Part shown: positions 1 through 12,922 of the stretch, piece by piece
Layout of the letters: each line of letters opens with the position of its first letter
Position numbering within the stretch: position 1 is the first letter of the stretch
Assembly (NCBI GenBank): GCA_046563655.1
Contig: CM102287.1
Coordinates: 2,790,001 to 2,854,000 of the forward strand
Origin: Yuukianura sp. NJ FZ-2021
Taxonomy: Eukaryota
Length of the DNA stretch: 64,000 nt
Direction: 5' to 3'
The notes under the pieces: model-generated
What the model was told of the DNA's origin: nothing
Database searches by the model: none
What the model saw: the letters and a program-made list of their open reading frames with translations, nothing else
Program-made: the position numbers and the translations under genes

Positions 1-420
1 TTTATTTTATTCAAAATAACGGAGAGATAAATAACCTAACTAACCTAGAAGTGACAAAATCCTATCCAGACACGAGGAGAAACCCGTGAAACGTAATTAG
101 CGTTGCGAACTTTCACAAACCTAAGCTAACATCACCGAAATCCTCGAGACGTAATCCGTATTGCCAACTTTAACCAAACCTAACACCGCGCCTTCGGCGC
201 GGAAAACTATAGCCACATTATTAAATGAAACTAAATAAAGCAAGTTTTAATTGGAACTAGAGGCGCTTTTTGATTGGAGGCGCTTTTTGCATGGAGGCGC
301 TTTTTGGTTAGGCTCTTTTGGATGGAGGCGCTTTTTGGATGGAGGCGCTTATTTTTTAGGCTCTTATTGAGAGGCGCTTATTGGAGAGGCGCTTTTTGGT
401 TAGGCGCTTATGGGTTGCTA
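1..420. repeat. Probable non-autonomous transposon end with ~10 copies of a ~16-bp (G)AGGCGCTTTTTG unit
   Basis: Tandem GAGGCGCTT(T/A)TT units at ~259-410; GC hairpin CCGCGCC-TTC-GGCGCGG at ~186-202; TAACCT motifs; the other end is probably outside the window. Confidence 0.5.
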
Positions 421-1574
421 CGAAGACAGGAACTGGTAAACATCAATAACTGAATTTTAAATTTCCGGTTTTGGGATTCAGTGAAAAGTTTTTGTCTTAA
501 GTGGCGTCGAAGTTGAAGAAAATTCGACACTTTTTGGAATTGGCGTCGAACTTAGAGAAAATTCGACATTTTTGTTGTTAAATTTTGAATTTCCGGCAGG
601 TCAGAGGTCAAATTCAAACGATTCTTTTGTGAATGAACCTCAAGGTCGACTCAAATTCCTTTCACTTTCATCTCACGCATGTCCATAAATCATGCAGAGG
701 ATGATGAACTTTTGTCGAGTTTCAAATTCCTTTTATTGTCTTTTCGTGCTCTACGAACATCTTTAAACTTTCAAACTTAAACCGCCCTCGCTCACATTTA
801 GTGCTAAATACTCTCTGTCCAAAAAATGAGCTATTCAACTCACGTTCGTCTCTTGACCTTTGACCGCCCCTTGCATCATAAGCACCAAATTAATAAATTT
901 TTCGCAACAATAACTAAATCACGTAACAATTTAAACTTTCAATTGCACTTTTAGCCTCTAAGCAAATGTGGAACAATAAGAATAACATTTTTCAACTCAA
1001 CCAAGGTCAAACTTCACCAACTTTGCAACATTTTGAAGTTTTCTGCCGTTTGAACATTAAAAATTTGCTTTTAAATAAAAACTTTACTATATTTATACTA
1101 GATTGTACAGAAGCAAGATGAGTACCGTTGAATTAGATTTGAAGCAAAGTTGCAAAATTTGAATTTGCAAATTTTTAATTTTTCAATTCTTGTACTGAAA
1201 AGAATTAGCGCTAGATTAATTTGCATTTAATTTTAATTGGAAATTGAATAGAGGGACTTCCTGGATCTTCTGATTGTTTGTTTTGTTGAACTTGATGTGT
1301 GATTGACAGATTAAAATGAAAAGGAGCGTTCGAGTGGTTGTAGATTTTTAGAGACTATAAAATGAGAAAGTATTGCAAAAAATTGCACACCGCAACTTGC
1401 AAATTGACCCTGACTCGCCAATTTTGATTAATTTAAGTCAATAGATTCTGGTCAACCATACAGGAAGTTTCATTTTTACTTTTAGAAACTGTAAACGGCT
1501 GAGGTGACCTTTGACCTGACCTTGAATCCTTTCTAAAACAATTTTCACAAGAGTTTTTCCAATTTCTTTTTCAG

Positions 1575-3058
1575 GTTGTTCTGACTTGCTTCCTTACAAA
1601 ATCTTATGCAGCCCTGTCCGGATTCAGCAGTTCTCCCACCCAGTATCATGTGCAGAATGACGAAGGTAGCAAAAATGTTGCAAAATATTGGCAAAATGTG
1701 CAAAAAAAAAAATCGCAAATGCGCTAAAAATTCGCGAATTTGCTAACAACAATGTTATGTTTTATGGACAGGTCCAGAGAGATTCTTCCGGTACCAGACG
1801 TTCAATGGACAGTTCAGGAAGGAGAGAAGGATGGACGACGGGACAGTGGTGGGTTCGTATGGCTGGGTGGATCCGGCGGGGTATTTGAGAATGACAGACT
1901 ACATTGCTGATGAGAAGGGATATCGTGTTGTGAAGTCCAGGTACTAATTGCAATTACTAATTACACGTAATTAAGTAATTACGGATTTTTTGTGTAATTA
2001 CTTTGAAATATTTCACTTTGTTCCAAAAGAATGGAGTTTGTCGGGGTCAAACCAGAACAAAATCCACCCGAGGTCAAACCGTACAAAGAACCGCGGCATT
2101 CCACGCGTGTCATCCGACAAAGAACGCCGGAACCACTCGGCAGCTTCTCCGAACAGCTTCGGAACGTTTCAAAAACCGCCGCGGTGGTTCAAACCACTCC
2201 ATCGTCGGGGTGGGTCGGAGTTACTTCCACGGTGGAACCTGGGAGGTCAGTTACACGAGGTCAGAGGACAGCCACCGCCGCGGTGGTTCCAACGACAGGA
2301 TTTCAGGAAGCAGTGACCGCCGCGGTGCCCACGGTCGGAATTCCAGGTCACAACCAAATCACGGCTGCAGTGAAAGACCTTGACCTTGACCTCACTCCCC
2401 CCAAATCAATTCACTTCAAAGACACCACAGTGTCTACCGTCATGCGACCACCGAAAAGAGCAAGGGGTCGTCGCGTCAAGGTCTTGAGACGACCACCGCT
2501 CAGAAATGTCACCCTAGCAGCCACCATGGTCCCACCACCGCCCCATCCTCATCCCACCAAAATCACGTTCACAGTCCCACCACCGACAAACGACCACGTG
2601 ACCTTCACAACCCCGCCACCTCCTGCGGAGCTCATGGGTGGCAGGCCTTATATCATCCAGATCACCAGAGGTAAGAATTCAAAATTTTGACTCAAAATGG
2701 CCTTTTGCTTACAAATTTCGAGCAAACTGGCCTTTTGTATCAAAAATTTCGACCAAAAATGACCTTTTGTATCAAAATTTTGCTTTTTTTTTTTCTGCAT
2801 TCAGGCGACGAACGTTCAGGAGGAAGAAATGACGTCTTCAAAGGTTACGCCACACCGTTAAAAAGCGGAAACGGAAGTGGATTTTTGTACAAAATTCCGA
2901 ACCAGTTCCACAAAGAAGAAACGGAGGCCGACGGAAGTCGGAGTGGCAGTTTCGGGTACGTGGATCCATTCGGCATTCGACGCGTGATTCACTACAATGC
3001 TGGCAATACTGGATTCGAACATCAAGTGGACTTCAAGTATGTTGGGCAGCAACAGTGA
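1575..3058 (+). CDS. Cuticular protein with two R&R (Chitin_bind_4)-type domains and a Pro/Thr-rich linker; 5' exon unresolved
   Basis: Exons ~1575-1665, 1772-1941, 2030-2670, 2805-3058 joined by GT-AG introns; motifs DGTVVGSYGWVDPAGYLRMTDYIADEKGY and DGSRSGSFGYVDPFGIRRVIHYNAGNTGF. Confidence 0.85.
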
Positions 3059-3544
3059 GGAGTATTCCAGTTTCGGCCCAAATTTCGGCCCTTTTCGACA
3101 AAATTCTAAAATATGCAGAAAACACACAAAGAGAAAAAAAATTGTTGATTTTTTGTTTTAGAGCTTACTCTCTTACGGTAACTTTAAGCTGCTTTCATAA
3201 TTAGCAATAATTTTAAGTTTAGCAGTTAATTAACACTTCACTTTACAAACCATAAATTAATTTTCCAGTTTCAATTGAAAAGTGACTCACAACCTTCAGT
3301 TGATTTTGAAACTTTTAAAAATGGTGAGTCAGCTGGAATTCTTAGAAGTTTACGAAACATAAACAACAAAAACATAAAATTTCGAACTAGGTTTAGTATC
3401 GTAGTTAGTCACGTACTCTAATCAATCAGTTTTGCTTAAAAGCTTCACCATTGTTAGACTGTTCACCATTTTTCGTTTCAATTTCAAAATTTTGGTACAG
3501 AATCCTCTGGAATTCGAAATTTTGTCTCTTTCAAAGAAAAAAAA

Positions 3545-3883
3545 ATGAAAAGCTTCGTCATTTTGCTCTTAGCGGTCGTTTCCGTTTTGGTTGCGATTGT
3601 TTCCAGTGCTGCTGCAAGCAAACCTTGCCCAGGTATTTGTCCCAATTTTTCGTAAATTTCTGAAAAAGTGGAACTTTTAACTTTTTTTTTTTTGAAATAT
3701 GTAGATCTGTGTAAACAAGCAAAGGACGATGGTCCATGTCGTGGAGCCATCCTCATGTGGTACTACGACACCAAGAAAGCAGCTTGTGCCAAATTCTTCT
3801 ATGGCGGATGTAAGGGCAATTCAAACAATTTTGAAACCAGGCAAGAGTGCAAGGACGCTTGCGAAAATTTGTGCAAAAACTGA
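3545..3883 (+). CDS. Secreted single-domain Kunitz/BPTI protease inhibitor
   Basis: Signal peptide MKSFVILLLAVVSVLVAIVSSAAA; one intron (~3633-3704); six-Cys Kunitz pattern CKQAKDDGPCRG..WYYD..C..FFYGGCKGNSNNF..C..C. Confidence 0.93.
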
Positions 3884-4268
3884 AGCAACGCAACAAAAAT
3901 TAGCCTGAAGGGCTGAAATATTCAGTTTTTTTTTCGAAAAAGGAAAAAAGTTCGAATATAATTGTCAATTTTCTGACGTTTTGCTGAAAATTGTATTTGA
4001 TTCTAAATATTTCCTAAAAAGCACCAATAAATAGGAATTGGTGGTAAAATACGTATGTCCATAAGCATTAATCGATTAACCTTCCAACTAATTAATTGAA
4101 GTGAGTACATAAGTATAATTGGTACTAAAGATAGATTTTACATAAGTCAGAATTGATTTGGAGAAATCTGATGAATTTTAGAAGTCGCGTAATTAGCTAT
4201 GGGCGGAATTTAACATTTGAAGGATACGAGCTGCTTCGGATACAGCGATTGATTTCAGCGATTTTTGT

Positions 4269-5932
4269 CTACTTTGGCTGCTGCTGCTGTTTCTCGAGAT
4301 ATTTCAGCAAGTAGCTGCTCATGGCGGACAATGAAGCATCAAAAACTTGTTTCAGCGGAGAAGTCAATGAGGAGTTGGACGGTTGTGAAGTGGATTCGGA
4401 TTCCTGAGATACTGGCTTCCCAGCACTATTCACCAAGATTGGATACAAGCTTTCAAAGCTGTGAGTATAAAAGTAATTAGTTAAAAAGTATTTAATTAGT
4501 TGCTAACTTAAGTTATTAGTTCTCTTACAGATCTTTGAAAGTGGAGGACAACAGTGGATTGACAGGAGTCGGTTTGGCGAGTCTTGCTGTGGCTACTTTT
4601 TCAATTGTGGCTAAATTTTGTGGAGACGGAATGACCTCGTGGTAGATAAAGTCATTGTCCTTTTTCGCCAAAGCATGAAGTCTCGTCCCTTCAGCGACGT
4701 AGTAAGAAAACAGCGATGCGTTTCCAGTCTTCTCCTGCGCTTTCTTCAACAGATCCAAGGCAGAATTGAGTCTAGCGATTTCTTCTCCAATACTTTTGTT
4801 CACACTGCATACTCTACTCTGGAAATACTGTGCCAGGCCGGCATAAGAAAACTGTTTTCCAGCAACCTGCATAAAAATTGCAACTATTAATCAACGTCGA
4901 CAGGTTCGGCATTTTCCAGAAACGTTAAACTTACGTTAGTCAACCATGTTCTGTCAAATTGATGCTTGACATTCTCCTTCGTCATTTTGAGTAATGCGTC
5001 CGAGAACATATCTTCTGCTTGGACACAAAGTTTAGCTATGATGGTGTCCTTCATCTTGCCCTTGATTGCTTTCTGGACAAATATCTCCTGAGCCTGCGCA
5101 AGCATCAGGGCAGACAAGGCAACAAGTGTATTCGGATGGAGGTCACTCGTCAAAGCATCTTCAGGCAAACTTGTGACTAAATTGGACAAATGAGCGAACA
5201 GTCCTGAAGCACTCTAAAAAAACAACAATCAATTAGTACTGGAATCATTAATCAACTAGAAATTTAGCAGATACTGGATGCTGTCCATACTTGGAACCAT
5301 TTGGCAGCAGTCTTTAGCTCTTCATCGGTGTCCAACACTCTTCGCTCGGCTGCCAGCTGACTTTGGAGAGCCGCAATGTTAAACTGGACACACATTTGTT
5401 CAAAAGTTATAAACGGCAAGGCTGTAAATCAAAATTAAGAATTAATAAAATAAAATAATAATATAAAATAATAATATAATAATAATAAACTAGCTAACAA
5501 TTAATCGATCAACGGTGGCTTTTAAGTTTGAAGCTTACTCATGGATTTGCGGGCAGAGAAGTACGATCCTTTATCAAAGCAATCAAGCCAAGTGAACTCC
5601 ATTTTGAGCAACTCCGACGGTAACTTGACCTCCAGTGCCACCACTTGATCATGATACCTATTAAAACGTACAACTAATTAGTTTATTCTATTACTTCGTG
5701 AGATTAAACTTGAACTTTGAACTTACCTCTGCAAAGCTTCCAAGCTGGTGACAGATTTTTCAAGAGCTTGTGCCAGAACATACTGCCTTAGTTTATGTAA
5801 CTCCATCAGCTGTTGGTCCAGGTTTTGCTGGACCTTGGCCTGTTTGAACAGCAATTTCACTGGATTGACCCAGTCCAGGTCCATCGTCGGCTTTGTTGGG
5901 ACACTTAGCAGCGTATCACCAGCGTCACCCAT
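4269..5932 (-). CDS. Bro1-domain protein, ALIX/PDCD6IP-like, lacking the V domain and Pro-rich tail
   Basis: Bro1 motifs FEQMCVQFNIAAL, LMLAQAQEIF, AKKDNDFIYHE, FKDLFESL; last exon reaches a stop at 4269-4271 about 60 codons after the Bro1 domain. Confidence 0.85.
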
Positions 5933-6367
5933 CTTGTCACTGTCTTGGTCCTCAGCTTCCAGTTAATCAGGTACTGTTGAATTACAATGCAACTGTGCTG
6001 TTCTAAAAACTAAAATAAAAACCGATCAGTAAAAAAAATCTCACAAAAGTGGAAAACGAAACTTTGTTTTTCAAAAAAAAAATGAAAATGAAAGTGACTG
6101 ACACTGGACTGACTCATCAACTTGTGCCTTGAAATGAGTAAGATGAATTCAAAGTGATCTTCCCACTCAACGCTTCTTGAATGTTACCAAACGAGTCCAC
6201 TATACCATAACTTTGAGCCAATAATTGCTAACTTTAATCATAGTTGATTAAATTATGCACATAGTAGAAGTTACCTTATTAGTAGTTTTGAAACCATTGA
6301 ATATTTGGCCAAGTTTACCAAAGTAGGTCCACTACTGGTTAATTTTTTATTTGTTAATAATTGAAAC

Positions 6368-6565
6368 AGAGAAATCTGCAAAAGAGTTACTCCAAAAGAG
6401 TTAAAAGCTACTTACTCCAAAAGAGTTAAAAGTAGTGCGGACGTAATGGAAAACAAGAAAAGAGTTTACGTGTTTACTCCTTCCTTTTTCATATAAAAGG
6501 AAACCTCACCAAATTATCATCCACTCTCGTCTTTGGATGGGAGTAGAATGGTTTCATTCTGTAAA
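6368..6565 (+). repeat. Dispersed repeat copy 1 (MITE-like)
   Basis: Shares GAAATCTGCAAA, GTTACTCCAAAAGAGTTA, GTGCGGAC and ATATAAAAGGAAACC blocks with 11785-12107 and 14700-14966. Confidence 0.65.
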
Positions 6566-7212
6566 CAAGCATCAAAAATATACTAGAGTAACGGTAAAGT
6601 TTGCACTGTGTAAATTTTATAATTCTCTGTCAAGAAATTCCGTGGTAAATCCACCTGTTCTTCTAATTTCGTTTCAAAAATTGGGATTTGGCCAGCCCCC
6701 TGCAAATGGCGCCCATAGCAACCAACGCAATTTTTTGTTTGTGACGTCACCAGCTGAAAAATACCGTAATCGTGAAATTGGAACCCGCTGGCATTTATGT
6801 AAACAAGATGTGTCTTACGGGTTTCTATAGGACACCACCAATAATTGGCAGAATTCCGGTATTTTCAGCGGGTGACGTCATTTTTTTTTCCACATGGCAA
6901 CCAAACAAACTTTCCATTCGCACTACCTAGTAGTATTCTATTTACCTTGGGATTTGGCAAAAGGAATAATTGCCATTTTAACTGTTCCACAGACTCAGGA
7001 TTGCCAGAAGCTGGAGCGCAAGTAAAGTGAGGTCACCAACTAAGAATTGCCGAGGCAGCGGAAACGTAATTAGCAATTATAGGTTGTTAAAAACATTAAT
7101 AAGTACATTCCGCTTATTGTCACGAAAGTGACGAGCAAAAATGTTTAAAAAAGAGGTGGAAGTCAATGGGTTTTTTTTAATCTCCGGTGTAGGTCATCCA
7201 TGGAAAGCAAAG

Positions 7213-8891
7213 ATGGCGAGCTGTGGAAGCGGGTGGACAGCAGAATGGAAATTTTTCAAGGTCATTTTGATCCTGATTTTGGTAGTCTTGCTGCTGGAAG
7301 GACAGGTCAAAGGTCAAGGTATCGGAATAACCCTTCCGTATAGGCCGCCCGTCTCGGAACATCCGCCAACAACTACTCGACCCCCTCCCCGGCCAGATGA
7401 CCCTGAGCGGCTCACGGCAGCCAATGAGCAATACGGTAATATCATTCTGTGAAGTTTTAAGCTTTAAGTTTTTAGCACAATTTACTAATTACCAATCGAC
7501 ATTCTTGAATTGTAGAAACTCTTCTTCCTACGGGTGAAATATACGCGGCTTCCTTTCGATTCGACCCTGACGGCACGTGCCACAAATTATTCCCTCCATA
7601 TTGTTCAAACTAAGATCCTGTTTGACCTATGACCTTTACCGTTGACTTTTGACCTTTGCAGCGAAGTTTCGGGAATACGCGGTGTTCTACAGACCAATAA
7701 CAAACCGTATTGTCAACGGAAGAACCGCCAACAGTTCAGAGGCTCCGTACCAAGTCGGTATTTTCAGACGGAACAGAGGAATCGTGTGTGGCGGGGCTCT
7801 CTATGACCATTACACAGGTTGACCTCTTACCTTCAAATTGCATAGGTTCACTTAAATTAATTGATGGTTATAACTTTTAACTAAATCAATTTTTTGTTCC
7901 CCATTTAGTTATCACTGCTGCCCACTGTGTCAAAGGTTACTCCAGAGATGATTTGCTGCTTGGCGTTGGGAAGATTGACCTCATACGACCGGAGAGAACC
8001 GAGTCGATCGTCACTGTCCAAGACATTTTCATCCATCCAGAGTACGATTCAAGACACTACCTCCGGGACATCGCCATCATCAAATTAAGCCAACCAGTGT
8101 GTTACAACAGCAGAACCATTCCTATTCCATTGCCAAAGGGAAACGACACAACTCCAGTGGGTTAGTTTCAAACATAACTTTCAATTAAGTGTGATTTGAA
8201 TTAGAATTTATAATTATAATTTATAAATTATAGGTAATTTGACAATTAGTGGTTGGGGATACACCAGGAAGCGTGTGGCGCACCAGCCTTTCGAAGCAGG
8301 CTTCTTCCCCAGCGATTTGAAAATTACCGAAATTCTTTTCGTGCCAAGAGATGAGTGCGATACGAGGCTGGAATCGGTTGGAATCTACTCGCAAGCTGTC
8401 TATGAACCCACCATTTTCTGGTAACATTTTGACCCTTCACCTTTGACCCTTGAATTGTTTGTTCTGTGTTACAGCGCTGGAGTACCAAATGGAGACAGTG
8501 ACAACTGTCAAGGAGACTCGGGGTGAGAAGTCAACTTTGCAATTGACCTGCGAAGAATTTGAGGTCAAGTTTTTGTAATTGGTTTTTGTTTTCTAGTGGT
8601 CCGGTGATGTGCAAGGATGAAAACGGAGCAGAGTATCTTTGTGGTATCGTTTCTTCAGGCTATGGGTGAGTTCAATACTTCGGCAATATTTTGGCAAAGT
8701 ACTGTTTTGTCTAAGAGTTTTTTTTTGCAAGATGTGGACAACCAAGTACTCCGGCGCTGTATACGGACGTAGCCAAAATGATGCCGTGGATCTTAACGGT
8801 GCTGGAAGATGAAAACTGTGCTCCGATACCTGATGAACCAAATGAAAATAAAACTTTAGTTGTTGCGGAATGCAGCGACGACTGTGGATGA
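7213..8891 (+). CDS. Secreted trypsin-like S1 serine protease
   Basis: Hydrophobic leader, Pro-rich pro-region, activation site R|IVNG, intact triad motifs TAAHC, DIAIIKL and DNCQGDSGGP across several exons; stop at 8889-8891. Confidence 0.9.
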
Positions 8892-9812
8892 AAATTAACT
8901 ACCTCCTTCATTAACATTCAATTAGATTATTAACTTAATTAGAGTAAGACCACTTTGGTGGGTTCTAGTTAAGATTTTGTCAAAATAAGTTACACAACTG
9001 AGTATAGACGATAAATAAATTCAAATTCAAATTCAAACATTAACTGCCTTTATTTATAAACATCACTGGCTCTAGCACGTTGACGTTTAAGCAATAAAGT
9101 TATACCCAGAATCTTCAAAGCAGTACAAAGTACTGCCGGGATTTTCGGCAACGTTTTTGCCAACTATTGCGAAATTGGATTTTAAGGATTTGTTCATCTT
9201 GTTTAGGAATTCGAACTGGCACAAAATTGGCGTTTTTGCTATTGGTGCTGAATTTAAATTGGTGAAATTCTGCAAGTTCATTTTTCAGAAAATTTTTTGC
9301 AACATAATAAGCGAGGTGATGATGATTTGCAAATTGAAATGGTGAAAAACTTGCAATTTTTAAAATTTTGTGATCCAAGGAATCGTAAAGTGTAGATGTG
9401 AAAGTGAATTTGGTAGAATTGAGATAGGAGATTGTACGGAGCGAAGAGATGGATAGGAGAGTTGCCTCTGCCTTGCTTTTGTATGGGAAGTCCGCCAGCG
9501 GGAAAAAGTTGAAAAAGGCGAGGAGCCTTTCTGAACCGTACGATCCCCGCATAGCTCCGGACAGTTTCTAAGCGGAACCTTTAACTTCACAATGAAAATC
9601 TCTTCCAAAAAATTCAAAAATTCATAATTTTAAAAAATTCAATTCTCAGGAATGGAATGTGTTAAAGAGCAAATCTCTTCACAAATGAATTCAGAAAAAT
9701 CTAAACTATTTTTAAAAAATTTAAAACGTTCAAAAACGTCCAAAAAGTTGCGATCGAATCTACTTATATAAAATCGAGACCCTGTTTATCTGTGTGTGTG
9801 TATGTTCCACTA

Positions 9813-10559
9813 GAGTAAGTCCATCTCAAACCGGAAAGTTACGTTGCATCGATGGTAGCGGATTTTCATGAAACTTAGTAGGAATGTAGTATTTGATGCC
9901 CTTAGCCATATTCCGTTTGGAAATTTGAAAAAAGTGACGCATGCCTCCGCTGTCGCCGCTTGAAGTCGCCATTTTGGAAAACTTGGTCCCCATTTTATTC
10001 AGCGACCTTTCAAGCGATTCGCTTCCGGTTTTTTGCATTCACTTCCGTTTTCAATTGCCCAGATGGGTTTTTCACCGTTTGACCCAAAACCGAGGTCAAA
10101 GGTCAATTAAGGGTCAAAAACTCAAAAATGGGGTCAAATTGAAAAATATGCAAATTTTTGCCTTCGGTGACCTAACTGTACATTGTTTTACATATAAATT
10201 GTCGCCCTTAACTCCTGGTTCGGAATTTTGAAAATTGACCCCATTTTTGAGTTTTTGACCCTTAAGTGACCTTTGACCTCGGGTTTGGGTCAAACGCTGA
10301 AAAACCCATCTGGGCAATTGAAAACGGAAGTGAATGCAAAAAACCGGAAGCGAATCGCTTGAAAGGTCGCTGAATAAAATGGGGACCAAGTTTTCCAAAA
10401 TGGCGACTTCAAGCGGCGACACCGGAGGCATGCGTCACTTTTTTCAAATTTCCAATTGGGAACTGGCTTAGGACATCAAATACTACATTCCCACCAAGTT
10501 TCATGAAAATCCGTTACCATCGATGCAACGTAACTTTCCGGTTTGAGATGGACTTACTC
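9813..10559. mobile_element. Foldback DNA transposon/MITE with ~330-bp TIRs, GAG..CTC termini and a 4-bp TSD (Sola-like)
   Basis: Arms 9813-~10145 and ~10225-10559 are near-perfect reverse complements; ACTA flanks both ends (9809-9812, 10560-10563). Confidence 0.85.
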
Positions 10560-10649
10560 ACTACTCCTCCGAAACTACTGGACCGATTTGGACAAATGAG
10601 GTGTCCTTTTCTTCGTGAGGTCACCCCGAAGAGCATAGGCTATGTGACA

Positions 10650-11400
10650 TCTTGACCTGTGACCTTTGACCCTTGACCTAGCGCGATGACCTCATAAAAT
10701 CATACCAAACACAGGCAAGTGACATGTCATTCGAAAGCAGAGGTCAAATGCAGTCGATTGATGTATGACACATTGACCTGTGACCTTTGACCTTTGACCC
10801 AGAGCGGTGACTTGACATAGAATTAAGCCGAACATAGGCATGTGATATATCATTCGAACGGGGAGGTTGAAGGGAGTGGATTCACGTATAGCACGATGAT
10901 CTATGACCTTTGACCCTTGACCCAGAGCGGTGACCTCAAATGGAATTAAACAAAACCCAGACATGCAATATATCATTCGAAAGAGGAGGTCCAGTGGAGT
11001 CGATTGATGTATGACACATTGACCTGTGACATTTGACCCTTGACCCAGAGTGGCGACCTCATAGAATTAAGCTGAACAGAGGCATGCGATACGTTGTTCG
11101 AGAGGGAAGGTCCAGAGTAGAATGTCATATAACACATTAAGTTGAGACTTATGACCCTTGACCCAAAGCGGTGACCTCATATATAATTAAGCTGAACATA
11201 GGCATGTGATACATTGTTCGAAAGGGGAGGTTCAGTCAACTACAGTCTATTGATATATGAGATTGATCTGTGACCTTTGACCTTTGATCTATGGCGGTGA
11301 CCCCATGAGAAGTACACACAAACATTGGCCTGTGATATTTCATTCGAAAGGGGCGGTCAAATTGACTCGGTTGACGTCTGGCGCGTTAATTCCATGACTT
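10650..11400 (+). repeat. Tandem array of ~6 diverged ~122-bp units inside the Helitron
   Basis: TTGACCTGTGACCTTTGACCCTTGACCCAGAGCGGTGACCTC...CATTCGAA recurs at ~120-125-bp spacing. Confidence 0.85.
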
Positions 11401-11784
11401 TTGGCACCAAAAAGAATTAAGTTCCACCGTAAATTGTTGTCTCTACATGTTAAACATTAATTGGATGGACGGGTAGTTTTAAGGGACTTCCGCCTGGGCA
11501 AAGGGTAGGGAAGGGTAGGGTAGGATATTTTCATAAAAATAGTCCAAGCGGGTCAGCATGTATCTCAAATGGGTAGCGGGTCCCCAAAAGTGATACGTTT
11601 TTCTATGTGTGTTCGTATACACTACCACAAAAGCTAGCCCCGCTTTCACAAGCGGGTATCATACCTTGTTTTTAATAAAAAGTAGACTACAAAGTAGCTT
11701 TTTTTTTCTAAATGTGCCGAAATTTGAAGATACGATTTTTGAACATTTTTGCATCAAATTATATGAACTAATGTTAGAAGACTA

Positions 11785-12107
11785 ATACGTTACTCCAAAA
11801 GAGTTACCAGTTACTCCTTTCCTTTCTAGATGAAAAGGAAAATTCGCATTTTTAGGAAAAACAGAAAAAGTGTCGGGGGTAGTCTCGGAGTGCGGACATC
11901 CGGAGGGAACAAAAATGGTGCCAGGTGTAGTTCGGGAGTGCGGACCTCCGCCGGAACAACAAAACACAAAAAAGAGTTACCACTTACTCCTTTCATTTCC
12001 ATATAAAAGGAAACCGCACTAAATTATTTTCGTTCACTTTCGTCCTAGTCTTGGAGGGGAACAGAACGGATTCATTTTGAAAAATAAAAATCAGCATGCA
12101 GATTTCC
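11785..12107 (+). repeat. Dispersed repeat copy 2 (MITE-like)
   Basis: Same blocks as copy 1; ends in GCAGATTTC, the reverse complement of the GAAATCTGC that starts copies 1 and 3. Confidence 0.65.
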
Positions 12108-12392
12108 TACTTAATGTAATTATTATTAATTGTTACTTAAATTAAGGACGTGTGTTATGCGTCTAATAAACAATAATCGTTAAATTTAGTAACCACGATA
12201 ACCGAGCTTGTGCAGTTAGTAAAAGATGCAGACATCGACAAAAAGAAACACCCTCGTGAGTGGTGAAAAAGGATCAGTGCAAAGATGATCAAAAAAAGTA
12301 TGCACTTTCAAACAAACAAAATACTGACACAAGTTCGGTTGCCGTCGTCTGGGTTTTGTCAACAATTTTCCTGAGACAGCGACATTGAAATT

Positions 12393-12672
12393 GAAAAACG
12401 GTCTGGGTCAGCGTAGGAATGTCGTACAATGACCCACAATATATCAAACTTTAGGAAAAGACTTGATCTAGTTTCTCACTAAAAAAAAATTACAAAATTT
12501 TAGTTCTAACTGTGAAAAAAATTGACCCATACATTCCTCCTCCATATTTACATAGTAGATAGAACTAAAAGTTTGTAATTTTTTTTAGCGAGAAACTAGA
12601 TCAAGTCTTTTCCTAAAGTTTGATATATTGTGGGTCATTGTACGACCTTTCTACGATGTCCCAGATCATTTT
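12393..12672. mobile_element. Foldback/MITE with ~115-bp inverted arms
   Basis: GTCGTACAATGACCCACAATATATCAAACTTTAGGAAAAGACTTGATCTAGTTTCTC is mirrored at ~12591-12647; spacer ~50 bp; TSD not identified. Confidence 0.75.
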
Positions 12673-12922
12673 TCATTTCATGTGTTACAGCGGCAATTTG
12701 ACACCCAGTTTCCAGGGTGTCCGCACACCTTAATTCCATAATTTAGCGAAATAAATCAATTGACATTTTGAACATCTTTGTTTTGGAAGGGAACAGAACA
12801 GTTTCATTGTGTAAACAAATCGTAAATCGTCATGCACATAGTTTAAATCTTCTGGATTAACTTTTATTCAAGTTTCGTCAAAATGGAAAACAAATAAACT
12901 GTAAAGTTTTTCTTTTGGATGT

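Larger units (their letters stand above)
9759..11668 (+). mobile_element. Non-autonomous Helitron-like element interrupted by a foldback insertion
   Basis: 5' A|TCTACTTATATAAAA, (TG)n tract, then ACTACTGGACCGATTT after the insertion; 3' hairpin CCCGCTT-TCAC-AAGCGGG (11639-11656) followed by CTTG|T; sits between A and T with no TSD. Confidence 0.7.

Noticed and set aside
9115..9552. 145-aa minus-strand ORF
   Set aside because: No recognisable domain or supporting splice structure; left unresolved
9826..10431. Mirror-image ORFs (MPPLSPLEVAIL.. / MPPVSPLEVAIL..)
   Set aside because: Artefact of the foldback's inverted arms; no transposase motifs
10650..11400. Repeat array as a CRISPR-like locus
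   Set aside because: Whole units are homologous with no unique spacers; eukaryotic context with no cas genes
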